This document shows, in pieces, positions 50,904 to 60,618 of a stretch of DNA of 64,000 bases. The DNA is from Eubacteriales bacterium. GTDB lineage: Bacteria > Bacillota > Clostridia > Oscillospirales > CAG-272. The notes below the pieces were generated by a model. It ran no database searches. It was not told the origin of the DNA and saw only the letters and a list, made by a program, of their open reading frames with translations. The position numbers and the translations under genes were made by a program. Within the stretch, counting starts at the first letter, position 1. The number at the start of each line of letters is the position of its first letter. Where the stretch lies: the NCBI GenBank assembly GCA_045593885.1, contig JAZNXN010000034.1, positions 10,692 to 74,691 on the forward strand. Reading direction: 5' to 3'.

Positions 50904-52382
50904 TTATCTTTTATCTCTCCTTGCATAAATCGGGGCAAGAGCATCGTGAATTTGCTTGTATATCTCAAACACTCTCTCGTAACGAACAGTATTTTCGGGG
51001 TTGGGATAAACTATATCCTTCGCCCTTACGCAATGGTCAACCGCATCCTCTGCATTCCTGAAAGCACCGACCGCAATTCCTGCCAGCATAGCAGAGCCGA
51101 GCGAGGAATCACTGCTCTCGGTAGTTCTTAGGGTGATTCCGAGTGCATCGGCTACCATCTGCCGCCAAAGCCTGCCCTTCGTTCCGCCACCGATTGCCGT
51201 AGCAACCTTATTGTACGGTATTTTGAGTGAATCAAGATACTTCTTACTGTCGAGTAAGGAATAGACAACACCCTCGAGCACCGCACGTGTAAAATGCGCT
51301 CTTGTATGCGTTGCGCGCACACCCGTGAAGCTTGCGCTGAGAGTGGGATCTGCATAGGGGGTAAGCTCTCCGTTGAGGTAGGGGTGGAATATAAGTCCGT
51401 CGCACCCTATATCTATTTCCGACGCCGCCTTGTCCAATTCCTTGTAATCTCCGCCGAAGGTATCCCTGTACCAACGGTAAGATGCCGCGCAGGATTTAGT
51501 AGCCGTACCCGGATACCAGAGTCCGTTTACTATATGAGAATAGTTAACTAAATGTCTGTCGGGGTAGGGCTTGTCGGTTATGACGCATATTCTGCCCGCG
51601 GTTGCGAGCTTCACGGTTACATCGCCCGTGCCTACCGCGCCCGAGGCAAACACCTCCATAGCCGTATCGGTAGTTCCGCATATGACCGGAGTTCCCTCCG
51701 AAAGACCTGTGGCATATGCTGCACTCGCGGTTACGGTGCCGACGATATCGGTAGGCTTTACAACAGGGGGAAGCATATCCTCGCTGATACCGCAAAGCTC
51801 GCAAAGCTCGTTATCCCAGCTCATGCTGTTGCAATCAAAGAGCATGCTGCCCTCTGCCTCAATATAATCGGTGCAGTAAACGCCCGTGAGGTAGTAACGT
51901 ATGTAATCCTTTTCGAAGAATATATATCTTACAAAGGAAAAGAGGTTGGGCTCTTTCTCCTTCAGCCACAGAAGCTGCGGAAGTGTCCATATCGTGTCAG
52001 GGCTGTGATAGGTTTTTTCAAATATCTCCGTACCCATTTTGTTCCTGAGCATCTGTGCCTGTGCGCGGCTTCTCGTATCCGTCCAATGCATAGCATTGCG
52101 AAGCGGTCTGAAATTACGGTCGCAGACAAGGGAAGTATGCGTGGCAGAATCAACTGCTACCGCCAAAATATTATCTGCGCGCACGCCACTGACCGACAAA
52201 AGCGCCCTGCAATTCTCAGAGAGCGCGGCTATCCAATCCTCCGACCTCTGCTCGCAGGCGCCCTCAGATGGATAGAGTGTGGGATATTCTACCGTATTCT
52301 CGGCAACTATATTGCCGTTTGTATCGATCAGCGTTGCCTTCGAGGCGCCGCCACCGAAATCTATACCCAAAAGATATTTCAT
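50904..52382 (-). CDS. FGGY-family carbohydrate kinase (xylulokinase-like)
   Basis: LGIDFG, WTDTRS, PYLNGELTP and RAVLEGV motifs. Confidence 0.88.
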   Translation of the reverse strand: MKYLLGIDFGGGASKATLIDTNGNIVAENTVEYPTLYPSEGACEQRSEDWIAALSENCRALLSVSGVRADNILAVAVDSATHTSLVCDRNFRPLRNAMHWTDTRSRAQAQMLRNKMGTEIFEKTYHSPDTIWTLPQLLWLKEKEPNLFSFVRYIFFEKDYIRYYLTGVYCTDYIEAEGSMLFDCNSMSWDNELCELCGISEDMLPPVVKPTDIVGTVTASAAYATGLSEGTPVICGTTDTAMEVFASGAVGTGDVTVKLATAGRICVITDKPYPDRHLVNYSHIVNGLWYPGTATKSCAASYRWYRDTFGGDYKELDKAASEIDIGCDGLIFHPYLNGELTPYADPTLSASFTGVRATHTRAHFTRAVLEGVVYSLLDSKKYLDSLKIPYNKVATAIGGGTKGRLWRQMVADALGITLRTTESSDSSLGSAMLAGIAVGAFRNAEDAVDHCVRAKDIVYPNPENTVRYERVFEIYKQIHDALAPIYARRDKR

Positions 52383-52385
52383 ATC

Positions 52386-53045
52386 CTACTCCTGATATGA
52401 GATTTTGTAATTTATTCCGCTGATTCCCGCAACTGCTCCGCGTGCGATAAGCGCCGCGTTTTCCTCGTGCGCTATCAGCCATTTGTTCTTGCGGAACAGC
52501 ATTTTGTCGTCAACTTCCTTTTCAAGCGCAACGTTAGTTCCGAGAGGAAGAGCAACCACACAGCCAAAGCCGTCGGTGTGTACCTCGCAGGGACAGAAAT
52601 GAAGGGTTGTTGCGTAAACCTCGATAACCGTTCCCTTCGGTACAAAAAACGCCTTCATTACCGAGGAATTGATTTTTCCGTCCTTAAGCTCGCAGCGTCT
52701 GCCGAGAATGAGCACAAGGTCGGTTACCGCCACGTTTATTTCGCTCGAGGTATGCCACTCCGCCGCATTGAGATAGTTACTGTGTCCCCAGCAATATCCG
52801 AGCTCTGTCGGCAGAGTACCGAACATTTTATCCGCTATTTCTTCTGCAACGGACAGACGTTCAAAGCGCTCCTCGCTCGCAACGTACATCGAGCCGCCGC
52901 CCTCGGGATTTTCTATTTTTTGAGCTACAGAAATAAGCTCGGATACGTCAATTCCGTCAATCACTCTGCCGTATTCGGCAAATTCAATGTCGTTTACCGA
53001 ATAAATCTTTACGTCGGGATTTTTTCTTCTTAAAATTTCAAGCAT
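52386..53045 (-). CDS. DUF4867-family protein
   Basis: FAEYGRVI, GYCWGH, EWHTSSEIN, YATTLHFCP, LPLGTN and NKWLIAH motifs. Confidence 0.8.
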   Translation of the reverse strand: MLEILRRKNPDVKIYSVNDIEFAEYGRVIDGIDVSELISVAQKIENPEGGGSMYVASEERFERLSVAEEIADKMFGTLPTELGYCWGHSNYLNAAEWHTSSEINVAVTDLVLILGRRCELKDGKINSSVMKAFFVPKGTVIEVYATTLHFCPCEVHTDGFGCVVALPLGTNVALEKEVDDKMLFRKNKWLIAHEENAALIARGAVAGISGINYKISYQE

Positions 53046-53049
53046 AAAT

Positions 53050-53901
53050 TCACCCTATAAATTCTATACTGTGCTCCTTATTCCAGGAGCCGTTTTTTTC
53101 TATTCTGATTATGCCTTCCTTAGTGGCAAAATTCTTGTCAGTGTCAAAGCGGTCGGGAAGTCCGCACCACGGTTCAAGACAGATGTACGGTGCGCCCGGC
53201 CTTGTCCAGAAAAGGATAAGACTCGTATTCGGGAATTTTACCCTCACCGCCCTATCCGAATATCTGTGCTTTATCAGTGCCTCCCTTGATTTCATATCCT
53301 CGAAAATCAACGCGTCGAAGCTGAAATAACCGTATTTGAGCGAAAGCGTGTCGCTGTCGGTTATTACGTCCTTTTTGTCGTATCCGAAGCCGTTTTTGTC
53401 AATCAGGGTGGTTTTTAGTGTTTCGCGGGTTGGGAATATAACGTCATATTCCTCTATTCCCTCAGGGCAAAGATAAGCCTCGTGAGAGCCTATTGAAAAA
53501 TACATATCTCCGTCCGTGAGATTTTTCACGTCGTAGCGCACGGCGAGAGTTTTCCTGTCGATGCGATAGGTAACGCGAAGCTCGTACTCAAATGGATAGC
53601 TTTTCCTGCTCTCCTCATTTGAACGGAGAAGAAGGGTTATAAAATCATCACCCTTCTCCTCTACCTCAAACACCGAGCTTTTCGCATAGCCGTGCTTTGG
53701 CAGAGTGTATCTTTTTCCGTTATAGAAATACTCGTCGTCGCATAGGCTGCTGCAAATGGGGAAAAGGATAGGCGCAGAGCCCATCCAGAATCTTTCATCT
53801 CCCTCAAATATTCGCTTTTCGCCGTCACACACTAGACTCTTTATCTCCGCGCCAAGCTCGTTTATTCTAATGCTGATATGCTCGTTTTTTATTTCAACCA
53901 T
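53050..53901 (-). CDS. Aldose 1-epimerase (mutarotase) family protein
   Basis: GAEIKSL, APILFPI, HGYA and YICLEPW motifs. Confidence 0.88.
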   Translation of the reverse strand: MVEIKNEHISIRINELGAEIKSLVCDGEKRIFEGDERFWMGSAPILFPICSSLCDDEYFYNGKRYTLPKHGYAKSSVFEVEEKGDDFITLLLRSNEESRKSYPFEYELRVTYRIDRKTLAVRYDVKNLTDGDMYFSIGSHEAYLCPEGIEEYDVIFPTRETLKTTLIDKNGFGYDKKDVITDSDTLSLKYGYFSFDALIFEDMKSREALIKHRYSDRAVRVKFPNTSLILFWTRPGAPYICLEPWCGLPDRFDTDKNFATKEGIIRIEKNGSWNKEHSIEFIG

Positions 53902-53927
53902 GCTTTTCCTGCCTTTCAGGCACATTA

Positions 53928-54722
53928 TTATTTTTTCTCTATCCAGGCGTGGTCGGGGTCGTTACTTCTGTTAAAGCCCTGATAGTCGCCTGCCATCAGC
54001 CAAAGGAAATAGCTCTTATATCCCGGTGTTGCGACGGTTGTGTGATAACCGTAGGGAAATTCCACAAGCTCGTCGTTTTTAACCCTGTACGCCTCGTCAA
54101 GCGAGCCGTCAGAGGTATAAAGGCACTGAACGGCAAAGCCCTGCTTTGGCTCAAAAAGGAAATAGTAAACTTCCTCTGCTATGCACTCGGCGGGCATATT
54201 GTCCTCGTCGTGCTTATGAGGGGGGAAGCCTGCCCAGTTACCCTCTGTGCAGTATGCCTCTCCGACGGTGAGAACCCTTGCGTTGGTTGTTCCGTCAACA
54301 AGGAAGCTCGTTTCTCTCTGGAAGGGAGGAATACCCAAAAGCTTCAGGGGCACTCTGTCCTCGCGAAGCAGCTGTGGCTCGGTTTTCTCATTAATGGGGG
54401 TTGCAACCACCGCAATCTTTATGCTATCGCGTGCTACGATTTCGAGCTTTTGCTCTATCGGCATATAAAAGCACTCTGCCCTACGGTTTTCAAACACCGA
54501 GGCTCTGTTTCCAACGTTTTCCCATACCGTGCCGTCAAAGCGCACGTCAACATGTCCCTCGAGCATCACGAAAGCAGTTTCCTTATCCTCTGTATCGAAG
54601 GCAAGCGACTGTCCCTCTGTAAGCTCGATTATACCGAACTCCAGCTTTTTAAGGCTGCATTCTCCTATCTTGCAGATGGGGGTGTAGCCGTTTTTTGATT
54701 TGTAGGTTTTCTTAAAGCTCAT
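53928..54722 (-). CDS. IolB/KduI-family isomerase (5-deoxyglucuronate isomerase-like)
   Basis: GNWAGFPPHKHD, EEVYYF, GYHT and YFLWLMAG motifs. Confidence 0.85.
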   Translation of the reverse strand: MSFKKTYKSKNGYTPICKIGECSLKKLEFGIIELTEGQSLAFDTEDKETAFVMLEGHVDVRFDGTVWENVGNRASVFENRRAECFYMPIEQKLEIVARDSIKIAVVATPINEKTEPQLLREDRVPLKLLGIPPFQRETSFLVDGTTNARVLTVGEAYCTEGNWAGFPPHKHDEDNMPAECIAEEVYYFLFEPKQGFAVQCLYTSDGSLDEAYRVKNDELVEFPYGYHTTVATPGYKSYFLWLMAGDYQGFNRSNDPDHAWIEKK

Positions 54723-55623
54723 AACCTCTCTCCTTCATGAAATTAACTGCGGTTTCGAAATCGGGCGAGCTCTCTCTCGCTCCGACACCCGTGCATTTAA
54801 GCGCGGATACCGCACTGGCAAAGCGGCAGCAACGAGCAAAATCATAGCCCTTGACAACCGCGGCGGCAAACGCACCGTGGAAAACGTCGCCCGAGCCGTT
54901 GGAATCCGCAACGGTGACGGGATAGACGGGATACTCGGTTATTTTCTCTCCGTCATACATAATTCCGCCCTTTTCGCCCTGCGTGATTACGATAACGCGT
55001 GGGGAATAGAGCTCCCACAGGCGCACGGCGGCATCCTTTGCTCTGTCGCATCCCGTGTGACCGAGAGCAAACTCCTCCGACGGAATCATAATGTCGGTTA
55101 GGGCGAGCAGTCGCTCAACCCCCTCGTAAAGACCGCCGCAGTCGTAAAGAACCAAGGTGCCGTTTTCACGCGCAACCCTCGCCGCCTCAACCGCCGCGTC
55201 AAGCTCGTTTCCGTCAACCATGAGAAGCTCCGCGCTCTTTATTGCCTCTTTCTGCTCGAAAGAAAGCTCAAGAGGGGGAAGATTTCCCTTATCAAAAACG
55301 CAGGTACGTGTACCCGTGTCGGCGCATAGCCAGAGCACCGAGGTAAACGAGCGATAACCGCCCTTTACGGTAACGAGTGAGGTATCTACTCCGTACTTTT
55401 CAAAGTCCTTGACGAGAAAGCTGCCGCTGCTGTCGTCCGACAGATTACCTATGTACGCCGCGCTCTCGCCAAGCTTGCTTGCGGCAACTATGCCGGTAGC
55501 AACCGGGCCTCCGCCCGCGAGCTTGCTCGCGAGTGCGCGCATCTTTTTATCCTCCGAGGGATAGGTTGGAACGTTGTAGAGCGTGTCCATAACACACGCG
55601 CCTATTCCCACTATTTTAGCCAT
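54712..55623 (-). CDS. PfkB-family carbohydrate kinase
   Basis: GGGPVAT, ITQGEKG and DSNGSGDVFHGAF motifs. Confidence 0.9.
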   Translation of the reverse strand: MAKIVGIGACVMDTLYNVPTYPSEDKKMRALASKLAGGGPVATGIVAASKLGESAAYIGNLSDDSSGSFLVKDFEKYGVDTSLVTVKGGYRSFTSVLWLCADTGTRTCVFDKGNLPPLELSFEQKEAIKSAELLMVDGNELDAAVEAARVARENGTLVLYDCGGLYEGVERLLALTDIMIPSEEFALGHTGCDRAKDAAVRLWELYSPRVIVITQGEKGGIMYDGEKITEYPVYPVTVADSNGSGDVFHGAFAAAVVKGYDFARCCRFASAVSALKCTGVGARESSPDFETAVNFMKERGYEL

Positions 55624-55625
55624 AA

Positions 55626-56465
55626 TTATGCCCTTCCGTATGCGCCGACGAGCTTTATCTTATCAAGCGCGACCAGCTTTACAGCCTCAACTGCCTTTTT
55701 CATAAATATATCGACTGCAAGGCTTCTCTTGGGATCGTCAAGCGACGTCTTCGTGCCCTCTGCGAACGCACAGCACACATCAGTACCGATATTCATTTTG
55801 CGAACACCCGCCGCAATAGCCGCCTTCACCTGCTCATCGGGAATACCCGAGCCGCCGTGAAGCACGAGGGGAATACCGCCGGTAGCCTTTCGTATAGCCT
55901 TCACTCTCTCGATGTCGAGACAGGGTGGCTTCTTGTAATGACCGTGTGCGTTACCTATCAGCACCGCAAGGCAGCATACGCCCGTTTCCTTCACAAACCT
56001 TGCCGCCTCGTCGGGATTGGTAAATTCGTCCATAGAATCGTCGTTTACACTTCCCACGTGACCGAGCTCGCCCTCGACACCTACGCCGATGGCATTGCAG
56101 ATTTCAACGATGTGCCTTGTATTTTTGATATTATCCTCGAGGGGATGAACCGAGCCGTCGTACATTATGCCCGAAAATCCCCAACGAAGCGCTCTCTGAG
56201 CCTCGATTTCCGAGGGACCGTGATCGAGGTGAAGGCAGATAGGAACACTCGCCCTGTGTGCCGCGGCAACTATTGCAGGCGCAAGGTAGAAGCCTACCTG
56301 CTCATTTACGAGTCTTGGATATATCTGAATTATTACGGGAGCCTTTGCTTCTTCTGCTGCATCAACCACTCCCATTACGGTTTCTACGTTGTATACGTTG
56401 AAGGCGGGGATGCAGTAGCCGCCCTTTTCTGCCATAGATATTATTTCTTTAAGTGATACTAACAT
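55626..56465 (-). CDS. Class II (metal-dependent) fructose-bisphosphate aldolase-family protein
   Basis: AFNVYN, HLDHG, EGELG, GNAHG, LVLHGGSG and KMNIGT motifs. Confidence 0.92.
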   Translation of the reverse strand: MLVSLKEIISMAEKGGYCIPAFNVYNVETVMGVVDAAEEAKAPVIIQIYPRLVNEQVGFYLAPAIVAAAHRASVPICLHLDHGPSEIEAQRALRWGFSGIMYDGSVHPLEDNIKNTRHIVEICNAIGVGVEGELGHVGSVNDDSMDEFTNPDEAARFVKETGVCCLAVLIGNAHGHYKKPPCLDIERVKAIRKATGGIPLVLHGGSGIPDEQVKAAIAAGVRKMNIGTDVCCAFAEGTKTSLDDPKRSLAVDIFMKKAVEAVKLVALDKIKLVGAYGRA

Positions 56466-56477
56466 TATACCGCCTCT

Positions 56478-57560
56478 TTATCCTAAAATCAAGTCCTCAA
56501 GAGAGAGAATCTCTACGTCAGTCGCAGCATTTGAGAGTGCGGCGTACTCGGACACCGACGCCGTGACTATCGTATCCGCGCCGACACTCTTTGCGTTGAA
56601 TATTCTTCTCTCGGACACCTTTTTGATGATTTCGGGCATATACTGAGCCGTCAGTATGTTTCCTGCCCAAACGGTTTCCTTGCGATTGAGAAGCATCTCT
56701 CCGAGAACCGCATAGGACATAACTATCTCACGCACCTCGTCGCTCTCCTCAAGGTCGCGCGAAAGCTGAGAGGGATCCTGAAGGGTAACCGTTCTGCCGG
56801 TGTTTTCAGCCGCAAGCCTTCCATCTCTGATAAGGGAAGCAACAAACGAGGTATAAGTAATCGCATTTGCCGAATATTCAACATCATACGCCTTGTAGGT
56901 CTGCTTTATCGACTTTGCATCCTGAGGGTCGTATATAACGACGGTCTTGTAATCGGAAAGCATCTTCGCGCAGGCGAGCATCTGCTCCTTCGTTTCGTTT
57001 GCCGCACCGATGAGGAAGTCGAGCTGAGCGCCCGAAGCCGCTTCGTCGGCAAGAACGGTGAACTCAACGCCTGCCTTCTCGAGCACGCGAATAGCCTTTA
57101 TCGCCTGACTCGGCACCATATATCTTGCATCTACGCCGAGGAAGAGCAAGGTATCGGTCTTCTTGCTATGCGCTTTTATCGCATCTGCAAGAGCTGCATC
57201 AAGCTCGGTTTTTCCGTAGGCGTTGCCTGTGTTAAGGCAATTTTCTACCAATACTGTTATGTATGCAGGAAGCTTGCCGTCAAGTGCTGCGAGAAGTCTT
57301 GTTTCCTTCGTGAACATAACGGGGTCCCATCCCGTAACGCAATCGTGTACGCATGCTCCGCAGCCCACGCACTCGTAAATGTTATCCATTATTTCCTCGA
57401 GCTCAATCGCACCTCTGTTTACAAGAGAAATACCGAGCGCTCTTGCGCGGGGGGTGCTTCTCTCGTGTCCGCTTGCGTTTCCTATCGGGCAGATGTGGTG
57501 ACACATCCAGCAGAATCGGCAGGCGTCTGCGTGCTGCTTGCTTTTTTCTGACATCATCAT
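56478..57560 (-). CDS. (Fe-S)-binding protein (GlcF/HdrD-like N-terminus, degenerate CCG domains)
   Basis: CRFCWMCHHICP and CVGCGACVHDC 4Fe-4S motifs. Confidence 0.8.
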   Translation of the reverse strand: MMMSEKSKQHADACRFCWMCHHICPIGNASGHERSTPRARALGISLVNRGAIELEEIMDNIYECVGCGACVHDCVTGWDPVMFTKETRLLAALDGKLPAYITVLVENCLNTGNAYGKTELDAALADAIKAHSKKTDTLLFLGVDARYMVPSQAIKAIRVLEKAGVEFTVLADEAASGAQLDFLIGAANETKEQMLACAKMLSDYKTVVIYDPQDAKSIKQTYKAYDVEYSANAITYTSFVASLIRDGRLAAENTGRTVTLQDPSQLSRDLEESDEVREIVMSYAVLGEMLLNRKETVWAGNILTAQYMPEIIKKVSERRIFNAKSVGADTIVTASVSEYAALSNAATDVEILSLEDLILG

Positions 57561-57573
57561 AGCTATATCCTCC

Positions 57574-59010
57574 TTATATACCGAGCTTGAACGGATTCAT
57601 TATACCGTTGGGGTCAAGCTGCTTTTTGAGTCCCTCAAATACCTGCATTGCAGGGCCGTACTGCTCCTTCATAAGACGTCCAAGCTTTATACCTACTCCG
57701 TGGTGATCGTTTACAACGCCACCATGTGCAAGAGCTGCTCTGACTCCGCAGGACCATACTGCCTGATGCAAGCGCAGTGCCTCAACGGGATCCTTGGGCA
57801 CGTCCTTACCCTCGATAATGAAGCGGTCGTAAACCATAGCGCCCCACTCGTACCAGTGAGAGAAGTGAGCGATGAACTTCGCCTGAGGGAAGTTTGTTTC
57901 GATTGCCTTCTTCATTGCCCAGTAGATTTCCTCAATCTTGTCGTAGGGGGCAATTGTATCCATAGTTCCGAACATCTGAGGAATATCCATCATGTGTCCG
58001 GGGTAGAAGAAGGTTATCTTCTCCTTCCACCATTTCTCTCCGTACTCTGAGCCAAGGTCCTCAGCGCCGTACTTGGCGAAGGTTTCAAGAAGAAGCTTCT
58101 CCTCAACCTCAACGAGCTCCTTGCAGCCCTCGATTGCAACGTTCATGAACGCGCCCTTGCGCTCAACGCCGACAATCTTCTTGATGAGCGAGGCGGTTTC
58201 AGCCTCGTCGTAAAGGCGCATAACCGATGGCTTGAACTTCTGGAGAAGCTCACGGCTCGCCTTGAATGCGCCGGTCATATTCTGGAACAAAAATCCGCGG
58301 AAGCGGCGCTCCTCAGGCTGATCGAATATTCTTATCTGCGCCTTCGTGATAATTCCGAGCGTTCCCTCAGTGCCGATGAATATCTGGTTGAGGTCGGGAC
58401 CTGCCGCATGCTTGGGTGCAGACGAGGTATTGATGATATCTCCGTTAGGAAGAACAACCTCCATCTGAAGCACCATATCGTCAATCTTTCCGTACTTGGT
58501 CGAGCATACGCCGATTCCTCTGTGAGCGAGGAAGCCGCCGACGGTTGAGCAGGTGAGGGATGAGGGGTAGTGCATCGTTGCCTTGCCAACCTCGTTTGCC
58601 GCCCACTCAATGTGCTTGTAGATAGCACCGGTACCGCACTCTATGTACATACCCTCGGTATTGACCTCGTATATCTTATTCATTCTCTTGGTGTCCACGA
58701 TAATACCGCCGCATACGGGAATAGCTCCGCCCTGCGTTCCGCCGCCCGCGCCCCAGGTGGTAACGGGAAGCTTGTAGTAGTTAGCGATTTTGAGAACCTT
58801 TGACACCTCGGTTGCGTTCTCGGGGCAAACGATTATGTCAGCCTCGGGCATACGGCATCCGCGGTCAGCCCACATACGTGAGAGCCAGTAGTAGTCAACG
58901 CTGTGCGTTACCTTGTCAATTGCTCTTGTCGAGCAGTTTTCCTTTCCGACCGCATCCTCAAGCTCGGTCAGAATCATTGCAAACAAAAATTCATTCATCT
59001 GATACTGCAT
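57574..59010 (-). CDS. FAD-binding oxidoreductase (VAO/PCMH family; alkylglycerone-phosphate synthase/YgcU-like)
   Basis: STVGG, STKYGKIDD, AAGPDL, GTEGTLGII and HHGVG motifs. Confidence 0.85.
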   Translation of the reverse strand: MQYQMNEFLFAMILTELEDAVGKENCSTRAIDKVTHSVDYYWLSRMWADRGCRMPEADIIVCPENATEVSKVLKIANYYKLPVTTWGAGGGTQGGAIPVCGGIIVDTKRMNKIYEVNTEGMYIECGTGAIYKHIEWAANEVGKATMHYPSSLTCSTVGGFLAHRGIGVCSTKYGKIDDMVLQMEVVLPNGDIINTSSAPKHAAGPDLNQIFIGTEGTLGIITKAQIRIFDQPEERRFRGFLFQNMTGAFKASRELLQKFKPSVMRLYDEAETASLIKKIVGVERKGAFMNVAIEGCKELVEVEEKLLLETFAKYGAEDLGSEYGEKWWKEKITFFYPGHMMDIPQMFGTMDTIAPYDKIEEIYWAMKKAIETNFPQAKFIAHFSHWYEWGAMVYDRFIIEGKDVPKDPVEALRLHQAVWSCGVRAALAHGGVVNDHHGVGIKLGRLMKEQYGPAMQVFEGLKKQLDPNGIMNPFKLGI

Positions 59011-59028
59011 TTTCTTATCTCCTTATAT

Positions 59029-60438
59029 TCAAACGGTTTTATCAACTTTAAGACTTGGGAAGTACTTGCAAAACTCCGAGAGCTCCTTGCGGTAGTCACC
59101 CTCTATCTCGACGAAGTGGTGTATGTAAGGACCGTCGATGATTCTGTCCTCGACCTTCTGCAAATCCTCGAACTCGCCCCAGAGGTACGTGCCACTGGTC
59201 GCAGGTCCGTCTGTTGTTTTGCAAACGAGGGGCAGAATTGAGTATTCTCCGCCGTCCTGGTCAATGCGCGCAACGGTGTAGGTTCCGTCCTTCGCCCTGA
59301 ACCATTCGCGCTGATTTACTATGCGTGCCGCGCTGTCCTTGCCGCTCTCCGCCTTCTGCGAGAGAGGGAAAAGTCCGCAATGCCAAAGAAGCTCCGCATT
59401 TTTATTTTCGGGATGGCGTACGGTGAACTCGCCAAACAGAGGCTTGCCCTTGCCAAGAGTTGCACATTTGAGAAGCGCCATTGTCATCGCGCAGTGAATA
59501 TCGCTCTCGCAGGATACGATATATCCCATATCGTTCAGCATTCCGTATACCGCGCAGGGAGCAAGACCGTCAAACATCACAGGCGTTGCCGTCCAGCACT
59601 CCGCAGAGAGAATATCAAGCTTGTATTCCTCAAACAGATGCTTGTATACCGCCGCCAGCGTTGCCATCGGGCGTATGTACTTGGGTGTCTGCTCGTCAAG
59701 CTCGAATTTCGAGAGGAAATATTTTTCGTATTCGGATATTTCCTCGGAGTAAAGCTCTGGTGCCGCCTTCATTCTCTGCTCTATGAGCGCGAAGTTTATG
59801 GGTATAATCTTGATACCGAATTTCTCCATCAGCTCGCCCTCGTTCCAGATAACTGAGTAGAAGGGCATCGGGCGTCCGCCTATCTGTCCTATACGCATTC
59901 CCGAAAAATTCTTGACCATGCAAACAACTCTTACAAATCTGTCAAAGCCCTCGGCAAATTCCGGGCTGTTAACTCTGCAAGAGGGCAGGTGCGAGAACGG
60001 AATGTGGAAGCGCTGGAACTGCCGCGAAACTCCGAACAGACCGCACTGGGAATCGGTGGTGCGTACTCCGTCGGGGCCGTATTCCTCATCAAGAGGTGCC
60101 CAGAGCAAAACGGGCTTACCAAGAGCCTTCGCAAGATCTGCGGCAATCTCCTCGTTTCCAAAGTTGCAGTTAATAATCATAACTGCGTCAACGTTCTCTG
60201 CCTTAAAGCGCTGAAGAAACTCCTCCATAGAAGCATCGTCAAACATAAGGTCGTTGCAGCCAAGCCCCTTGCTGTTGACAAACTCTACATTGTCGCTCGC
60301 AAAGTTTTTCTCGATGTAGCCGACGAACTCATCCGCGCGCTTCTCTGCCGCATCCCACGCAAACGGCATACCGCTGGGGCGCCGGCTGAGGTTTCTCCTC
60401 ATAGGCGCGAGGCCAATTTTTACCTTGTATTCAAACAC
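59029..60438 (-). CDS. L-fucose/L-arabinose isomerase-family protein
   Basis: NFGNE, DSQCG, ECWT, CESD, WHCG and PYIHH motifs; GTG start with GGAGG RBS. Confidence 0.82.
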   Translation of the reverse strand: MFEYKVKIGLAPMRRNLSRRPSGMPFAWDAAEKRADEFVGYIEKNFASDNVEFVNSKGLGCNDLMFDDASMEEFLQRFKAENVDAVMIINCNFGNEEIAADLAKALGKPVLLWAPLDEEYGPDGVRTTDSQCGLFGVSRQFQRFHIPFSHLPSCRVNSPEFAEGFDRFVRVVCMVKNFSGMRIGQIGGRPMPFYSVIWNEGELMEKFGIKIIPINFALIEQRMKAAPELYSEEISEYEKYFLSKFELDEQTPKYIRPMATLAAVYKHLFEEYKLDILSAECWTATPVMFDGLAPCAVYGMLNDMGYIVSCESDIHCAMTMALLKCATLGKGKPLFGEFTVRHPENKNAELLWHCGLFPLSQKAESGKDSAARIVNQREWFRAKDGTYTVARIDQDGGEYSILPLVCKTTDGPATSGTYLWGEFEDLQKVEDRIIDGPYIHHFVEIEGDYRKELSEFCKYFPSLKVDKTV

Positions 60439-60618
60439 AACAAAAAATCCTCCCGTTGCTTTTTTATTTTATTTTAACATAGCGCTCAAAGGATTGAAAT
60501 GCAAAAAACAATATATTTTTTGTAAAAAACGATACACTTTTGTAAGAAAGTGTGGTATAATAAAGCCAAAGGACTGTCTACCCCATCATTTTTAGAGAAG
60601 AGAGGCGTGAAAAAACCT

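Noticed and set aside
54712..55623. Firm call as sulfofructose kinase (YihV) or IolC
   Set aside because: The N-terminus resembles YihV from memory, but the later substrate-binding positions appear different; substrate cannot be assigned without alignment.
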